A stretch of DNA of 64,000 bases from NCBI GenBank assembly GCA_963772365.1, contig CAVYXA010000001.1, positions 1,440,001-1,504,000 of the forward strand, read 5' to 3'. Position numbers and translations under genes: made by a program. The DNA comes from an uncultured Verrucomicrobiae bacterium (lineage in GTDB: Bacteria; Verrucomicrobiota; Verrucomicrobiia; Chthoniobacterales; UBA10450). The notes beneath the pieces were generated by a model. It had not been told where the DNA came from. It did not search any database and saw only the letters and a list, made by a program, of their open reading frames with translations. Shown one piece after another: positions 29,404 to 39,046 of this stretch. The stretch's first letter is position 1, and each line of letters starts with the position of its first letter.

Positions 29404-29751
29404 AAAAAGATGATTTGCGCAAACGCACAAAACGATTCGCACTTCGAATCATTGAAGTTTACGAAAGCCTGCCGCTCTCCGGTTCTGCCCAAGTCCTAGC
29501 ACACCAACTCCTGCGATCTGGAACATCGGTAGGAGCGAATTTTCGCGAAGCACATCGCGCGCGGTCCGATGCGGAGTTTATCTCCAAAGTAGGAGATTCG
29601 CTGAAGGAGCTGGAAGAAGCGGCATATTGGCTCGAGTTACTTGTCGAATCTGGAGCGATCAGAAAAAAAGCTAGACCCATTGCGTGATGAAGCATCGCAA
29701 TTGACGGCTATCTTTACATCAATCGTAAAGAAGCTCCGTGCACGCATTTAA
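29394..29751 (+). CDS. Four-helix-bundle protein (23S rRNA-IVS / TIGR02436-like); frameshift in the A-run near 29665
   Basis: RTKRFALRII, QLLRSGTSVGANFREA, FISK...KELEEAAYWLELL; shifted frame continues KLDPLRDEASQLTAIFTSIVKKLRARI* to 29751. Confidence 0.88.
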
Positions 29752-29779
29752 TTCATCCTTCATCGTTCATCCTTCATCT
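29752..29779 (-). repeat. Heptamer tandem array (right flank, inverted)
   Basis: ttcatcc ttcatcg ttcatcc ttcatct; reverse complement of the left array unit. Confidence 0.8.
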
Positions 29780-29783
29780 TTTT

Positions 29784-30809
29784 ATGAGCGCAATCGAAGC
29801 CCGCAACCTGACAAAGATTTACCGCACCTATCGCAAGGAGCGCGGGCTTTGGGGTTCCATTAAAGGATTGGCCAAACGGCGGTATGACGAAACCCGCGCT
29901 GCGGATCACGTTTCATTTAACATCGACAACGGCGAGTTTGTCGGATTTCTCGGGCCGAACGGAGCGGGCAAAACCACCGTGCTCAAAATGCTTTCCGGAT
30001 TGCTCAATCCTACTTCGGGGGATGCCCGCGTGCTTGGGTTCGTGCCGTGGGAACGTCGCAATGAGATGAAGCGGCAGTTCAGTTTGCTCATGGGACAGAA
30101 GAACGCGCTTTGGTGGGATTTGCCGGCGCAAGAATCGCTCGAGCTCAACCGGGTGATCTATGGAATCGATCGCGACAGATTCAAAAAAGTCGTCGGCGGT
30201 CTGGCGGAACTGCTCGAAGTCACGGACAAGATGAATGTGATGGTGCGCGAGCTCTCGTTGGGCGAACGCATGAAGATGGAATTGATCTCCGCGCTCATTC
30301 ACGAGCCGCGGGTGTTGTTTCTAGACGAACCAACCATCGGTCTCGACGTGGTCAGCCAGAAACGAGTGCGCGAATTTCTGCGGATCTATAATGAGGAACA
30401 TCGGATCGTGACGCTGCTCACGAGCCACTACATGCAGGACATTCAGGAACTTTGTCACCGTGTTCTGGTGATCGATCACGGGAAAATCTTCTTTGATGGT
30501 CCGCTGGATGAAATCGTTGACCGCTTTTCGCGTCACAAGATTTTGAGCCTGACTTTCGATCAACCAGTGGCGCGCGATTTTTCCAATTTTGGCGAAGTCA
30601 TTGAGCAAACCGCTATGTCAATCCAACTCAAGGTGCCGCGCGCCAAGGTGACAGAGACATGCCGGCAATTGCTCGAAGCGTGCAACGTGAGCGACATCAA
30701 TGTCCAGGAAGTGCCCGTCGAAGACGTGATCCGGCAACTCTTCGGCGAGCGACGCGCTGCCGATCACGATGTCGATGTTAGTGCGGCCGAAACCGCGCAC
30801 GCAAATTAG
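29784..30809 (+). CDS. ABC-2 type transporter ATP-binding protein
   Basis: GPNGAGKTT, LSLGERM, LFLDEPT, TSHYM. Confidence 0.92.
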   Translation: MSAIEARNLTKIYRTYRKERGLWGSIKGLAKRRYDETRAADHVSFNIDNGEFVGFLGPNGAGKTTVLKMLSGLLNPTSGDARVLGFVPWERRNEMKRQFSLLMGQKNALWWDLPAQESLELNRVIYGIDRDRFKKVVGGLAELLEVTDKMNVMVRELSLGERMKMELISALIHEPRVLFLDEPTIGLDVVSQKRVREFLRIYNEEHRIVTLLTSHYMQDIQELCHRVLVIDHGKIFFDGPLDEIVDRFSRHKILSLTFDQPVARDFSNFGEVIEQTAMSIQLKVPRAKVTETCRQLLEACNVSDINVQEVPVEDVIRQLFGERRAADHDVDVSAAETAHAN

Positions 30810-30824
30810 CTTGCGCCAAACCGC

Positions 30825-31091
30825 TTAGCGCCGGATCAGAGCTTCGCGCAGATCATGCGCGTATGCCGGGTTCACTTCAAAGGCCATCACTGGCATCTCC
30901 GCGAGCTGAATTTCTTCCGCGTAGGGGATGCTTTGAACAAAACCGGCGGATAACAATCCATTTAGAGTATCGGTCAGATCCTCTATTTCCATTCGCGAGA
31001 GGTCCTGAATCTCTGCGCCGAGCATCGATTCGGCGAAACCAATCGCCTTGACGATGTTCGCTTCACGTCCTGTAAGTTTAATCTGACGCAC
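30825..31091 (-). CDS. Hypothetical protein, possibly winged-helix-like
   Basis: 88-aa ORF with LTGREANIVKAI...LNGLLSAGFV pattern. Confidence 0.6.
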   Translation of the reverse strand: MRQIKLTGREANIVKAIGFAESMLGAEIQDLSRMEIEDLTDTLNGLLSAGFVQSIPYAEEIQLAEMPVMAFEVNPAYAHDLREALIRR

Positions 31092-31183
31092 GCCAAAAAT
31101 TTAGCAGCTTCCATACCGAGGTGCGCGACGTGGCAACTGCGCGTTCGGAAACTAACCCGCCATGGGAGGAGTTTTCTACGTTA

Positions 31184-32776
31184 TCAGAGCTCGATTACCT
31201 GTGCCGACTCAATGTCTTCGCTTGCTCGAAGCTGGACGAGGACTCTTTCGCCAGGCGCGGTGTCGAGATTCAAGACGGTGAGCGCGGTGCCGCCCGCTTG
31301 ATTTCGGCTTAACGACATCGTGGCAATGTTGATTCCATGATCGCCCAGCAATGTCCCGATGCGTCCGACCATTCCGGGACGATCTGTGTTCTCAAGCACG
31401 AGTAGAACACCATGCGGACGCGCTTCGACTGGCCGGCTGTTAATGCTCACGATCCGTGGTGTCGCACCAAAAAAAGCGCCGCCCACGGAGACACTTTTCC
31501 CCTCGCCCGACGCAGATAGTTCCAGCATATCGGTGTAATCACCGGGAGCGCTCAATCGCGACTCACTTAGTTTTAATCCGAGGCTCTCGGCAAACGCAGG
31601 TGCATTCACTTCATTCACTTCGCTCCCGCCCGCGATTTGCAGAAAACCTTTTAACACTGCTCGCGTGATCGCAGTGGTATCGACTTCGTTCACTTTGCCG
31701 CTGTAGTTGACATTCAGGGTCTCGGCCCGTTTCGGGGCGATTTGGGAAAGGAACCGCCCAAGCTTTTCGCCAAACCGCAGATGCGGCCCGATGATCGACA
31801 ATGTTTTTGCATCGAGATTTGGCATGTTCACCGCATTCCGGATCGTTCCTTCAAGGAGAGCGGCGCGAATCGATTGGGCGATCTCGATGCCGACACTTTC
31901 CTGCGCTTCCGCTGTCGATGCTCCCAGGTGCGGCGTGAGAACAAGATTAGGAGCACTTCGCAATGGCGAATCCGGCGGTAACGGCTCGTTCTCGAAAACA
32001 TCAAGCGCGGCACCGGCGACTTGTCGATCTTCCAAGGCGTTCATAAGCGCGCGCTCGTCGATCAAACCGCCGCGGGCGCAATTGATGATGCGCACACCGC
32101 GCTTTGTCTTTTGTAATCGAGCCGCGTTCAGAATGTGCCGCGTTTCATTGGTCAGCGGCGTGTGCAGCGAAATGAAATCCGCGCTCGTGAGCAAGTCGTC
32201 GAGATCATCGACGAGTTCGACTTGCAAGCTGCGCGCCCTGCTCGCTGAGAGATACGGATCGTACGCCATAACGCGCATTCCAAATGCTATCGCTCGCCGG
32301 CTCAGTTCGCTCCCAATCCGGCCCATGCCGATTATGCCGAGCGTCTTGTTGTAAAGCTCGACGCCTTCGAAATTCTTTTTGTCCCATTTCTTCTCCCGGA
32401 CGTTGGCGTCAGCAGCCGGAATCTTGCGGGCGACCGAAAGCAAAAGCGAAAAAGCATGCTCTGCGGTTGAAACAGTATTCCCGCCCGGGGCATTCAGCAC
32501 GATGACGCCACGTTTGGTTGCCGCTTCAACATCGACATTGTCCACGCCCACACCCGCGCGCCCTACCACACGCAGCTTGGTCGCAGCATTCAAAATGTTT
32601 GCCGTCACTTTCGTTTGGCTTCGTACAACGAGCGCGCTGAACTCCGGGATAAGATCGACAAGTTCCTTTTCGCTCAGGCCGGTTTTCACCGCGACTTCCA
32701 GTGCGCCGTCGCGAGTAAGCTCATCGACTCCGCGAGGTGAAATCGAATCGGCAATCAGAACCTTGGCGACGCTCAT
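31184..32776 (-). CDS. serA: D-3-phosphoglycerate dehydrogenase with ASB/ACT domains
   Basis: GRAGVGVDNVD, GMGRIG, NCARGG, TPHLGASTAEAQ, ACT DRPGMVG. Confidence 0.96.
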   Translation of the reverse strand: MSVAKVLIADSISPRGVDELTRDGALEVAVKTGLSEKELVDLIPEFSALVVRSQTKVTANILNAATKLRVVGRAGVGVDNVDVEAATKRGVIVLNAPGGNTVSTAEHAFSLLLSVARKIPAADANVREKKWDKKNFEGVELYNKTLGIIGMGRIGSELSRRAIAFGMRVMAYDPYLSASRARSLQVELVDDLDDLLTSADFISLHTPLTNETRHILNAARLQKTKRGVRIINCARGGLIDERALMNALEDRQVAGAALDVFENEPLPPDSPLRSAPNLVLTPHLGASTAEAQESVGIEIAQSIRAALLEGTIRNAVNMPNLDAKTLSIIGPHLRFGEKLGRFLSQIAPKRAETLNVNYSGKVNEVDTTAITRAVLKGFLQIAGGSEVNEVNAPAFAESLGLKLSESRLSAPGDYTDMLELSASGEGKSVSVGGAFFGATPRIVSINSRPVEARPHGVLLVLENTDRPGMVGRIGTLLGDHGINIATMSLSRNQAGGTALTVLNLDTAPGERVLVQLRASEDIESAQVIEL

Positions 32777-32779
32777 GTC

Positions 32780-32830
32780 TTGTAGGGCAGGCGCATCGCC
32801 TGCGAGGCAACCGAAGCGGTTGCCCTACAA
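32780..32830. repeat. GTAG-type REP doublet
   Basis: ttgtagggcaggcgcatcgcctgc...ggcaaccgaagcggttgccctacaa; near-identical copy at 42009-42071. Confidence 0.8.
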
Positions 32831-32851
32831 CTACGCTCTGTCTTTACGCAC

Positions 32852-34750
32852 CTATCCATAAATGAGCAGGCGGATCGATTCAGGCAGTTGCTGAGCCACA
32901 TTTGTGGCCACACTACCGCGCAGAAGTTTGGTCATGGCAGTTCGTTGTGACGCGCCGATGATCAAGTAATCGACGCCCATGGTCGCGGCCAGATCAAGAA
33001 TGGTCGAAGCGGTGTCTTCGCTCACAGCATAAATCGGCAGCACGGAGATACCACGCTCTCCGCCCACCTTTATCATCATCGACATGATGGTAGCGGCTTG
33101 CGGATCGTCCTGCCAACGGGCGCGGGTGGGAAGAGTCGGTCCGCCACCGTAAAAAATGGCGATCTCTTTCACATAGAGAACAAAGAGGCAGGCCTTTCTC
33201 AACTGCGCCTCCTCAAGAGCAAAGGTGAGTACGGGAGTGATACCACGCGCTGCCACCATGATTTTCTCGCCTTCGTGCAAATGGGGGCGCAATTGCTCCG
33301 TCAATTCGGGCGTGACCATGGCAGCTACTTCGCGCGTGACGGTGAGTGTGGTCAGACCCTGCCGCTTTAATGTATAAGCGCGCAGTGCAAGACCGCCGCC
33401 TAAAACGCAGATGATAAAGAATAACGCGTCCGGTTTTGTGCGGGCGAGCGTGATCTCGACCCCGCCGAGCACCAAAAAAGTGACGGCGAACAAGACGCGG
33501 TCGTACCAGGTAAAACCGACCGTCTTGTTAAAGGCACACGACCCGACGTTTACTGTGATGGCGCCGACGACCCCGATTGCGTACAGGCCGACCAGTGAAT
33601 TAAAATTGGCCGCGCTTAAAACCACGACGATCGGCAGACCAAACGCGATCAGCAACGGAAGAAACGGTACGCCGTGACCGTTCAATCGTTTGAATTGACG
33701 CGGCATTTCACCATCGCGCGCGACCATGTAGAGGAGACCAATCATGGCGACGATCGCCGTATTGGCCGCACTGAGAAGCAACAGGAAAAAGACAATCCCG
33801 ACAACCCAACTGAAAATGCTTCCAAACCAGGGCGCGATCGTCGCCGCTCCAAATTGTTCTCCAATGAAGCGCAGCATGTCTTCCTGGCGTGCGGCGAGCG
33901 CATCTGAAATCGCCTTGGGGGTGGTAAGATGGAGAGTTTGGCCCATGACGCTCGGTAGCGAGAGCATTGCCCAGCCCAGCAAAATGGTTCCAATGACGAC
34001 CTCAATTGCAACCGGCAAAATCGCCTTGAGCGATTCGCGCGCGACCCTCGGATGTTCCGATGTGTATCCCGGGTCGAGCTTCATGACGCCAGTGAGGTTG
34101 GCGATCGATTCCGCACCCGAAAGAGCGAGGATGACGCCTACAAATTGCACCCACAAAGCGCTAAGACTCTCGTGACGTGGTTGCAAAAATTTGGTCGTGA
34201 GATGCGGGGCGCTGATCGCAATCAAGACCAACACGACAATGACGGCCGGCGCTGCCAGAACGATGGCAAGATTACCGCTGTGCCTGGGGCCAAAGTAATT
34301 GATCGCTCCCAGCAAGAGCAGCGTTGCCATCGTAGTCAGCGCAATGTGATCGCGTAGGAATTTGATCCAGGCAATCTGTTCCGCTCCCGAAGTGATGTAA
34401 CTTAGAGCGGCCCAACCGCTCAGTGCAGCCGTGACAGTCAAATTCGCTACGAGCAACAACGCACCCACTACCGCCAGCAATCTGCCCTGCGAACGCGCTG
34501 CAGAATAAACTCCTCCGCCATCCGGGAAATGACGGCAGATGACAATGTAATTAATGCCGACCAATCCGGTGACGGCGCAAACAGCAATGATGATCGGCAG
34601 CGACGAAAACCCCGCGGCAACAAAGGCCAACCCGATTACATAGGCCTTGCTCGTGCCCCAGTCGCCGTAGAGCAATGCCGCCGCGCGTTTCCAATCGAGA
34701 TTGCGCGGCCGATGCACTCCGCCGCTCTCGCTTGCCACCAACTCAGCCAT
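32852..34750 (-). CDS. APC-superfamily permease fused to a C-terminal universal-stress (USP) domain; candidate K+ transporter
   Basis: About 12 TM helices, GGGVYS, SGAESIAN, TM1 YGDWGTSKAY; USP end IIGASQR...LLRGSVATNVAQQLP. Confidence 0.82.
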   Translation of the reverse strand: MAELVASESGGVHRPRNLDWKRAAALLYGDWGTSKAYVIGLAFVAAGFSSLPIIIAVCAVTGLVGINYIVICRHFPDGGGVYSAARSQGRLLAVVGALLLVANLTVTAALSGWAALSYITSGAEQIAWIKFLRDHIALTTMATLLLLGAINYFGPRHSGNLAIVLAAPAVIVVLVLIAISAPHLTTKFLQPRHESLSALWVQFVGVILALSGAESIANLTGVMKLDPGYTSEHPRVARESLKAILPVAIEVVIGTILLGWAMLSLPSVMGQTLHLTTPKAISDALAARQEDMLRFIGEQFGAATIAPWFGSIFSWVVGIVFFLLLLSAANTAIVAMIGLLYMVARDGEMPRQFKRLNGHGVPFLPLLIAFGLPIVVVLSAANFNSLVGLYAIGVVGAITVNVGSCAFNKTVGFTWYDRVLFAVTFLVLGGVEITLARTKPDALFFIICVLGGGLALRAYTLKRQGLTTLTVTREVAAMVTPELTEQLRPHLHEGEKIMVAARGITPVLTFALEEAQLRKACLFVLYVKEIAIFYGGGPTLPTRARWQDDPQAATIMSMMIKVGGERGISVLPIYAVSEDTASTILDLAATMGVDYLIIGASQRTAMTKLLRGSVATNVAQQLPESIRLLIYG

Positions 34751-34847
34751 GTTTGCGCTGACTGTCGATGGGTACGGTTGGCCGACCGCAAGTCCTTTCT
34801 GGGTGGCATGGCGGTGCCGCCCGACCGCGACCACAACTGTTGACGAG

Positions 34848-36779
34848 CTACACCTCCACACGCGCACCGAGTTCGACAACGCCGTTCGGTGGCAGGCAAA
34901 AGTACGACGTCGCGTCTCCGGCATTCCGTGTCATCCAGGCAAAGAGCGAGCCACGCCAGGCCGAGAGACCGAGCTTACGCGTGGCCAGAATTGTTTCGCG
35001 ACCAATGAAATAGGTAGTGCGCATGGGATCGAACTGGAGGCCGGCTTCTTTGATGGAATCGAGCGCCGAAGGCACATCGGGTTTCTCGATAAAGCCGAAG
35101 TGGATTTGGGCGCGCCAAAATCCTTCGCTCAATCTCTCCAGCGCAACGCGATCCTTTATGTTCCTGAGATACGGAACTTCTTCCGTTCGCACGGTGAGCA
35201 ACACAACATTTTCATGAAGCACTTTGTTGTGCTTCAAATTATGCAAGAGCGCGAGCGGCGTTCCAAAGCGATTGCCTGACATGTAAACCGCTGTGCCGGG
35301 CACGCGCCGAATGTTTTGGTTTTTCAGATCGGCCAGGAAATCCTCGAGCGGTAGACAAATTTCCCCGAGGTGATCGCGAAGAATGCGGCGTCCTTTTCTC
35401 CAAGTCAGCATAAGAAACAGAATGCCCGCCGAAACCAGCAGCGGGAACCATCCTCCGTGCGCGATTTTCAACATGTTTGCCGAGAAAAACGCAAAATCGA
35501 TGGCAATGAAGAACGCTGCAACAGCAAGGGCAATAGCCGCGGGCCAGCGCCATCGTCTTCGCGCCACCATGTAAAATAAGACGGTCGTGATCAGCATCGT
35601 CGTGGTGATGGCTACGCCGTAGGCAGCAGCAAGGTTGCTCGACGATCGAAAGCCAAGAACAAGTCCGATGCAGGCGATCATCAGGATCCAATTCACCACC
35701 GGCACATAGATTTGGCCGATCACGCGCGCGGAGGTGTAGTTAACTTTCAGACGCGGGATGTAGCCGAGTTGAATCGCCTGCATCGTGAGAGAGAACGATC
35801 CGCTGATGATGGCTTGCGAGGCAATCACAGCGGCTGCCGCTGCCAGAATCACCATTGGATAAAGCGCCCATGCCGGCGTCATTCGGAAGAATGGATTGAC
35901 AGCAGATTCCGGTTCCACGAGGAGGAGGGATCCCTGCCCAAAATAATTTAGAGTTAGCGCCGGAAGAACAACAGCGAACCAGCTCCATCGAATCGGCGCC
36001 GTCCCGAAATGTCCGATGTCTGCGTAAAGCGCTTCGCCTCCGGTCACGACGAGAAAAACAGCGCCAAGGACAATGAAACCGCGCCAGCCGTTGTTCAGAA
36101 AAAACTCAAAGCCATGGATTGGATTAATCGCGCCAAGTACTTGCGGCGCGCGAATGATTTGGTGAACGCCAAGCGCGCCGATTGCCAGAAACCAGAGCAA
36201 GGTAACAGGACCAAATACAGCTCCAATCCCAGCAGTGCCGCGCGATTGGAAAATAAACAGGCCAATCAAAATGCCGATGGCGATCGGGACGACAAATGGA
36301 TCGAACAACGGCGTCGCGATGTGCAGTCCTTCCACCGCCCCCATTACTGAAATCGCGGGAGTAATCATTCCATCGGCGTAAAGCAGGGCCGCTCCGAACA
36401 ATCCCAGAAGAAAAAATATTTTGCCGCGCCTAACGATGTCTCCGACCAGCGTAGCCAGAGCCAGAATCCCACCTTCGCCTCGATTGTCGGCCCGGAGAAT
36501 CAGGGTCAGATATTTGAGCGAAATAATGAGAAGCAACGACCAAAGAATTAGCGAGAGCACGCCCAGAACATTTGCGTGCGACGGAGCGATGCCGTGCTGG
36601 CCGTAAAAGCATTCGCGCAACGCATACAACGGGCTCGTCCCGATGTCGCCGTAAACGATCCCGAGACAGGCCAGGCAAAGTAAAAGCAGCCGCTTCTTTC
36701 CAACTTTTGTCGGGTTGGAAGGCTTTGCCCGGACTCTCTCCGGAGCGGCTGAAACTAGCGTTGAAAGGCCTGAGCTCAC
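34848..36779 (-). CDS. kup: KUP/HAK/KT potassium transporter
   Basis: GIVYGDIGTSPLY, ADNRGEGG, DGMITPAISV, GGEALYADIGHFG, GQIYVP, VVELGARV. Confidence 0.96.
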   Translation of the reverse strand: MSSGLSTLVSAAPERVRAKPSNPTKVGKKRLLLLCLACLGIVYGDIGTSPLYALRECFYGQHGIAPSHANVLGVLSLILWSLLLIISLKYLTLILRADNRGEGGILALATLVGDIVRRGKIFFLLGLFGAALLYADGMITPAISVMGAVEGLHIATPLFDPFVVPIAIGILIGLFIFQSRGTAGIGAVFGPVTLLWFLAIGALGVHQIIRAPQVLGAINPIHGFEFFLNNGWRGFIVLGAVFLVVTGGEALYADIGHFGTAPIRWSWFAVVLPALTLNYFGQGSLLLVEPESAVNPFFRMTPAWALYPMVILAAAAAVIASQAIISGSFSLTMQAIQLGYIPRLKVNYTSARVIGQIYVPVVNWILMIACIGLVLGFRSSSNLAAAYGVAITTTMLITTVLFYMVARRRWRWPAAIALAVAAFFIAIDFAFFSANMLKIAHGGWFPLLVSAGILFLMLTWRKGRRILRDHLGEICLPLEDFLADLKNQNIRRVPGTAVYMSGNRFGTPLALLHNLKHNKVLHENVVLLTVRTEEVPYLRNIKDRVALERLSEGFWRAQIHFGFIEKPDVPSALDSIKEAGLQFDPMRTTYFIGRETILATRKLGLSAWRGSLFAWMTRNAGDATSYFCLPPNGVVELGARVEV

Positions 36780-36791
36780 CTGTTGTTACCG

Positions 36792-36837
36792 ATTCTAAGC
36801 GGGCTAACGGTCCAGAATAATTAAAACGGTACTAAAA
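36792..36837 (-). promoter_or_regulatory. Putative kup promoter with KdpE/OmpR-type direct repeat
   Basis: Minus strand TTTTAG-taccg-TTTTAA (36837-36821, 11-bp period) followed by -10 TAGAAT (36797-36792). Confidence 0.55.
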
Positions 36838-36930
36838 TTCTGAGCCGCGCATTTCCCAGGCGGTTAGATGCGCTACATTTGCGGCGTGCTGGGAAAAACC
36901 AGTTCGCCCGTTGTTAAACAATCTTCCGAA

Positions 36931-38037
36931 ATGCTGACCTCGGAAGCGCCCAATGATCGCGACGTCTCTGAATTTGCGCCATTAAAGGAATACATCGGCG
37001 CAGTTGTGGGAGTTGTTTTGCTCACGCTTGCCTGCTGGTTGCTAACGCCGTTTACTGGATACGGAGCGATTTCGCTGATTTATCTGCTCGGCGTCCTGCT
37101 GGCCGGAATGATCCTGAGTCGCGGACCAGTCCTGTTAGTCGCCGCGCTCAGCGCGCTTTGCTGGAACTTTTTGTTCATCCCGCCACTGTTCACGTTGCAT
37201 ATCGCAAAGTTGGAAGACGCCCTGACGTTTGCCACTTACTTCATCGTTGCCCTTACTGTCGGAAGTTTGACCGCGCAGTTGAAAGCACGCGAGCATCTTG
37301 CCGCTCAGGTCCAACTTGCCGCCGATTCCGAGCGGCTCCGCAAGACTTTGCTCGACTGCGTTTCGCACGAGCTGAAAACGCCGCTGTCGGCAATTGGCGC
37401 TGCCAGCCAGGAACTTTTGCGTCTGGCCTCGAATTCTCAGGATCCAGAGATGCTTAAACAGTTGGCTGCCGAAATTCGTCACGGCTCATTGCGTCTCAAT
37501 CGTGTCGTTAACAATCTTCTAGATATGAACCGCCTCGAAAGCGGAGTGGTCCGGCCTGACTACGAATGGTGCGATGTGCGCGATCTGTTGCAATCGGCCA
37601 TCGAGATCGAGCGCGAATCAATCGAGGGCCGTGAAGTCAGATTGGACGTGGCGGAGAACATGCCGCTGGCGCTTGTCGATCATACTTTGATCGAGCAGGC
37701 CGTCGCGAAGTTAATTGCCAATGCCGGAAGTCACACGCCACCAGAGCTGCCGATCGAGATCGACACCGAATACGCCAACGGCCAACTCGTGATTTCGGTG
37801 AGCGATCGCGGCCCCGGGTTTTCCATCGAATCGACACAGCGTGCTTTTGAAAAATTCTATCGAGGCAACAATCGCAAGACCGGTGGCCTCGGGCTTGGAC
37901 TCTCGATCGCGCGCGGTTTTGTCGAAGCACACGGCGGAACACTTACCGTAGAAAATCGCGATGGAGGCGGCGCGCGTTTGATCATGAAATTGCCGGTGCG
38001 CACCACTGACGCGAACGCATTGAAAGAAGAGACATGA
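36931..38037 (+). CDS. kdpD: Minimal KdpD-like sensor kinase (DUF4118 4-TM, HisKA, HATPase)
   Basis: LIYLLGV...WNFLFIPPLFTL DUF4118 signature; SERLRKTLL..VSHELKTPL; GLGLGLSI. No N-terminal KdpD, USP or GAF domain. Confidence 0.8.
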   Translation: MLTSEAPNDRDVSEFAPLKEYIGAVVGVVLLTLACWLLTPFTGYGAISLIYLLGVLLAGMILSRGPVLLVAALSALCWNFLFIPPLFTLHIAKLEDALTFATYFIVALTVGSLTAQLKAREHLAAQVQLAADSERLRKTLLDCVSHELKTPLSAIGAASQELLRLASNSQDPEMLKQLAAEIRHGSLRLNRVVNNLLDMNRLESGVVRPDYEWCDVRDLLQSAIEIERESIEGREVRLDVAENMPLALVDHTLIEQAVAKLIANAGSHTPPELPIEIDTEYANGQLVISVSDRGPGFSIESTQRAFEKFYRGNNRKTGGLGLGLSIARGFVEAHGGTLTVENRDGGGARLIMKLPVRTTDANALKEET

Positions 38038-38735
38038 AATCATCTCGCGTGGCGCTGATTATCGATGACGAAAAACAGATTCGCCGGCTTCTTCGCTTCG
38101 CGCTGGAAGCGGCGGACCATACGGTTTATGAGGCCGAGACTGGGCAAGCCGGACTTTCGCAAATTCTGCAACACCGTCCCGATATCGTGCTTCTCGATCT
38201 TGGGTTGCCCGACATGGAAGGCGTCAAAGTCCTGCGCCGTTTGCGGGAATGGTCGGATGTTCCGGTGTTAATCCTTTCGGTTCGCGACGATGCAGAGGAA
38301 AAAGTCGCGGCCCTCGATGCCGGAGCGGATGATTACGTGACCAAGCCGTTCGATACTGCGGAATTGCTGGCCCGGGTTCGTGTCGCGCAACGCCGGTCGC
38401 TAACGGAAACGGGCGAACCGGTTTTTCATTCGGGACCGCTTTACGTCGATTTCGCGGATCGGCAGGTCAAGCTCAATGGCGTGGAAATTAAGCTCACGCC
38501 TACCGAATATTCACTGCTCCGCGTGCTGGTTCAGAATGCCGGGAAAGTTGTCACGCATCGGCAATTGCTCCGGACGGTTTGGGGAGAGAAAGCTGAAAGC
38601 CAGGCGCAATATCTGCGCGTCTATGTCACGCATCTGCGCAAAAAACTGGAGATCAATTCCGAGGTACCAAGTCTAATTGGAACGGAAGTCGGAATCGGTT
38701 ACCGATTATCGCTCGAACCACCAGCAACTCGCTGA
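38034..38735 (+). CDS. kdpE: KdpE-like OmpR-family response regulator
   Basis: LDLGLPDMEG, ALDAGADDYVTKPF, AGKVVTHRQLL, YLRVYVTHLRKKLE, TEVGIGYR. Confidence 0.9.
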   Translation: MKSSRVALIIDDEKQIRRLLRFALEAADHTVYEAETGQAGLSQILQHRPDIVLLDLGLPDMEGVKVLRRLREWSDVPVLILSVRDDAEEKVAALDAGADDYVTKPFDTAELLARVRVAQRRSLTETGEPVFHSGPLYVDFADRQVKLNGVEIKLTPTEYSLLRVLVQNAGKVVTHRQLLRTVWGEKAESQAQYLRVYVTHLRKKLEINSEVPSLIGTEVGIGYRLSLEPPATR

Positions 38736-39046
38736 AAGAATCGCGGGGGGTGCTCTAAGTTAACAATCTTTTAGCACTCCGGAGCCCGATTTTAATTAGC
38801 CATCGCACTACAGAGCGAGCCAGCTTTGGATATGCAAACGATCGTCGTTATGTACATCCAAACGCCCGGCGCTCGGCTTTCTCCGGAACAAATCGGCGTC
38901 GTATCGACCGGCGGCAGCTCGAATGGATGGATTGACCCGCATTCCTGGGACAGCAACCACAGTTTCAACTCATCCCAACGGGAGGAAAAAACGCCTCCCT
39001 TCTGGACGTGGTTCATGGAGAATCCGCGCAGCCGCAGAACAACCTG

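Noticed and set aside
29661..29672. AAAAAAAG as a programmed -1 frameshift site
   Set aside because: The -1 frame hits TAG immediately; the conserved tail needs +1, which fits a homopolymer error.
29394..29751. Four-helix gene as the Avd of a diversity-generating retroelement
   Set aside because: No reverse transcriptase and no template/variable repeat pair in the window.
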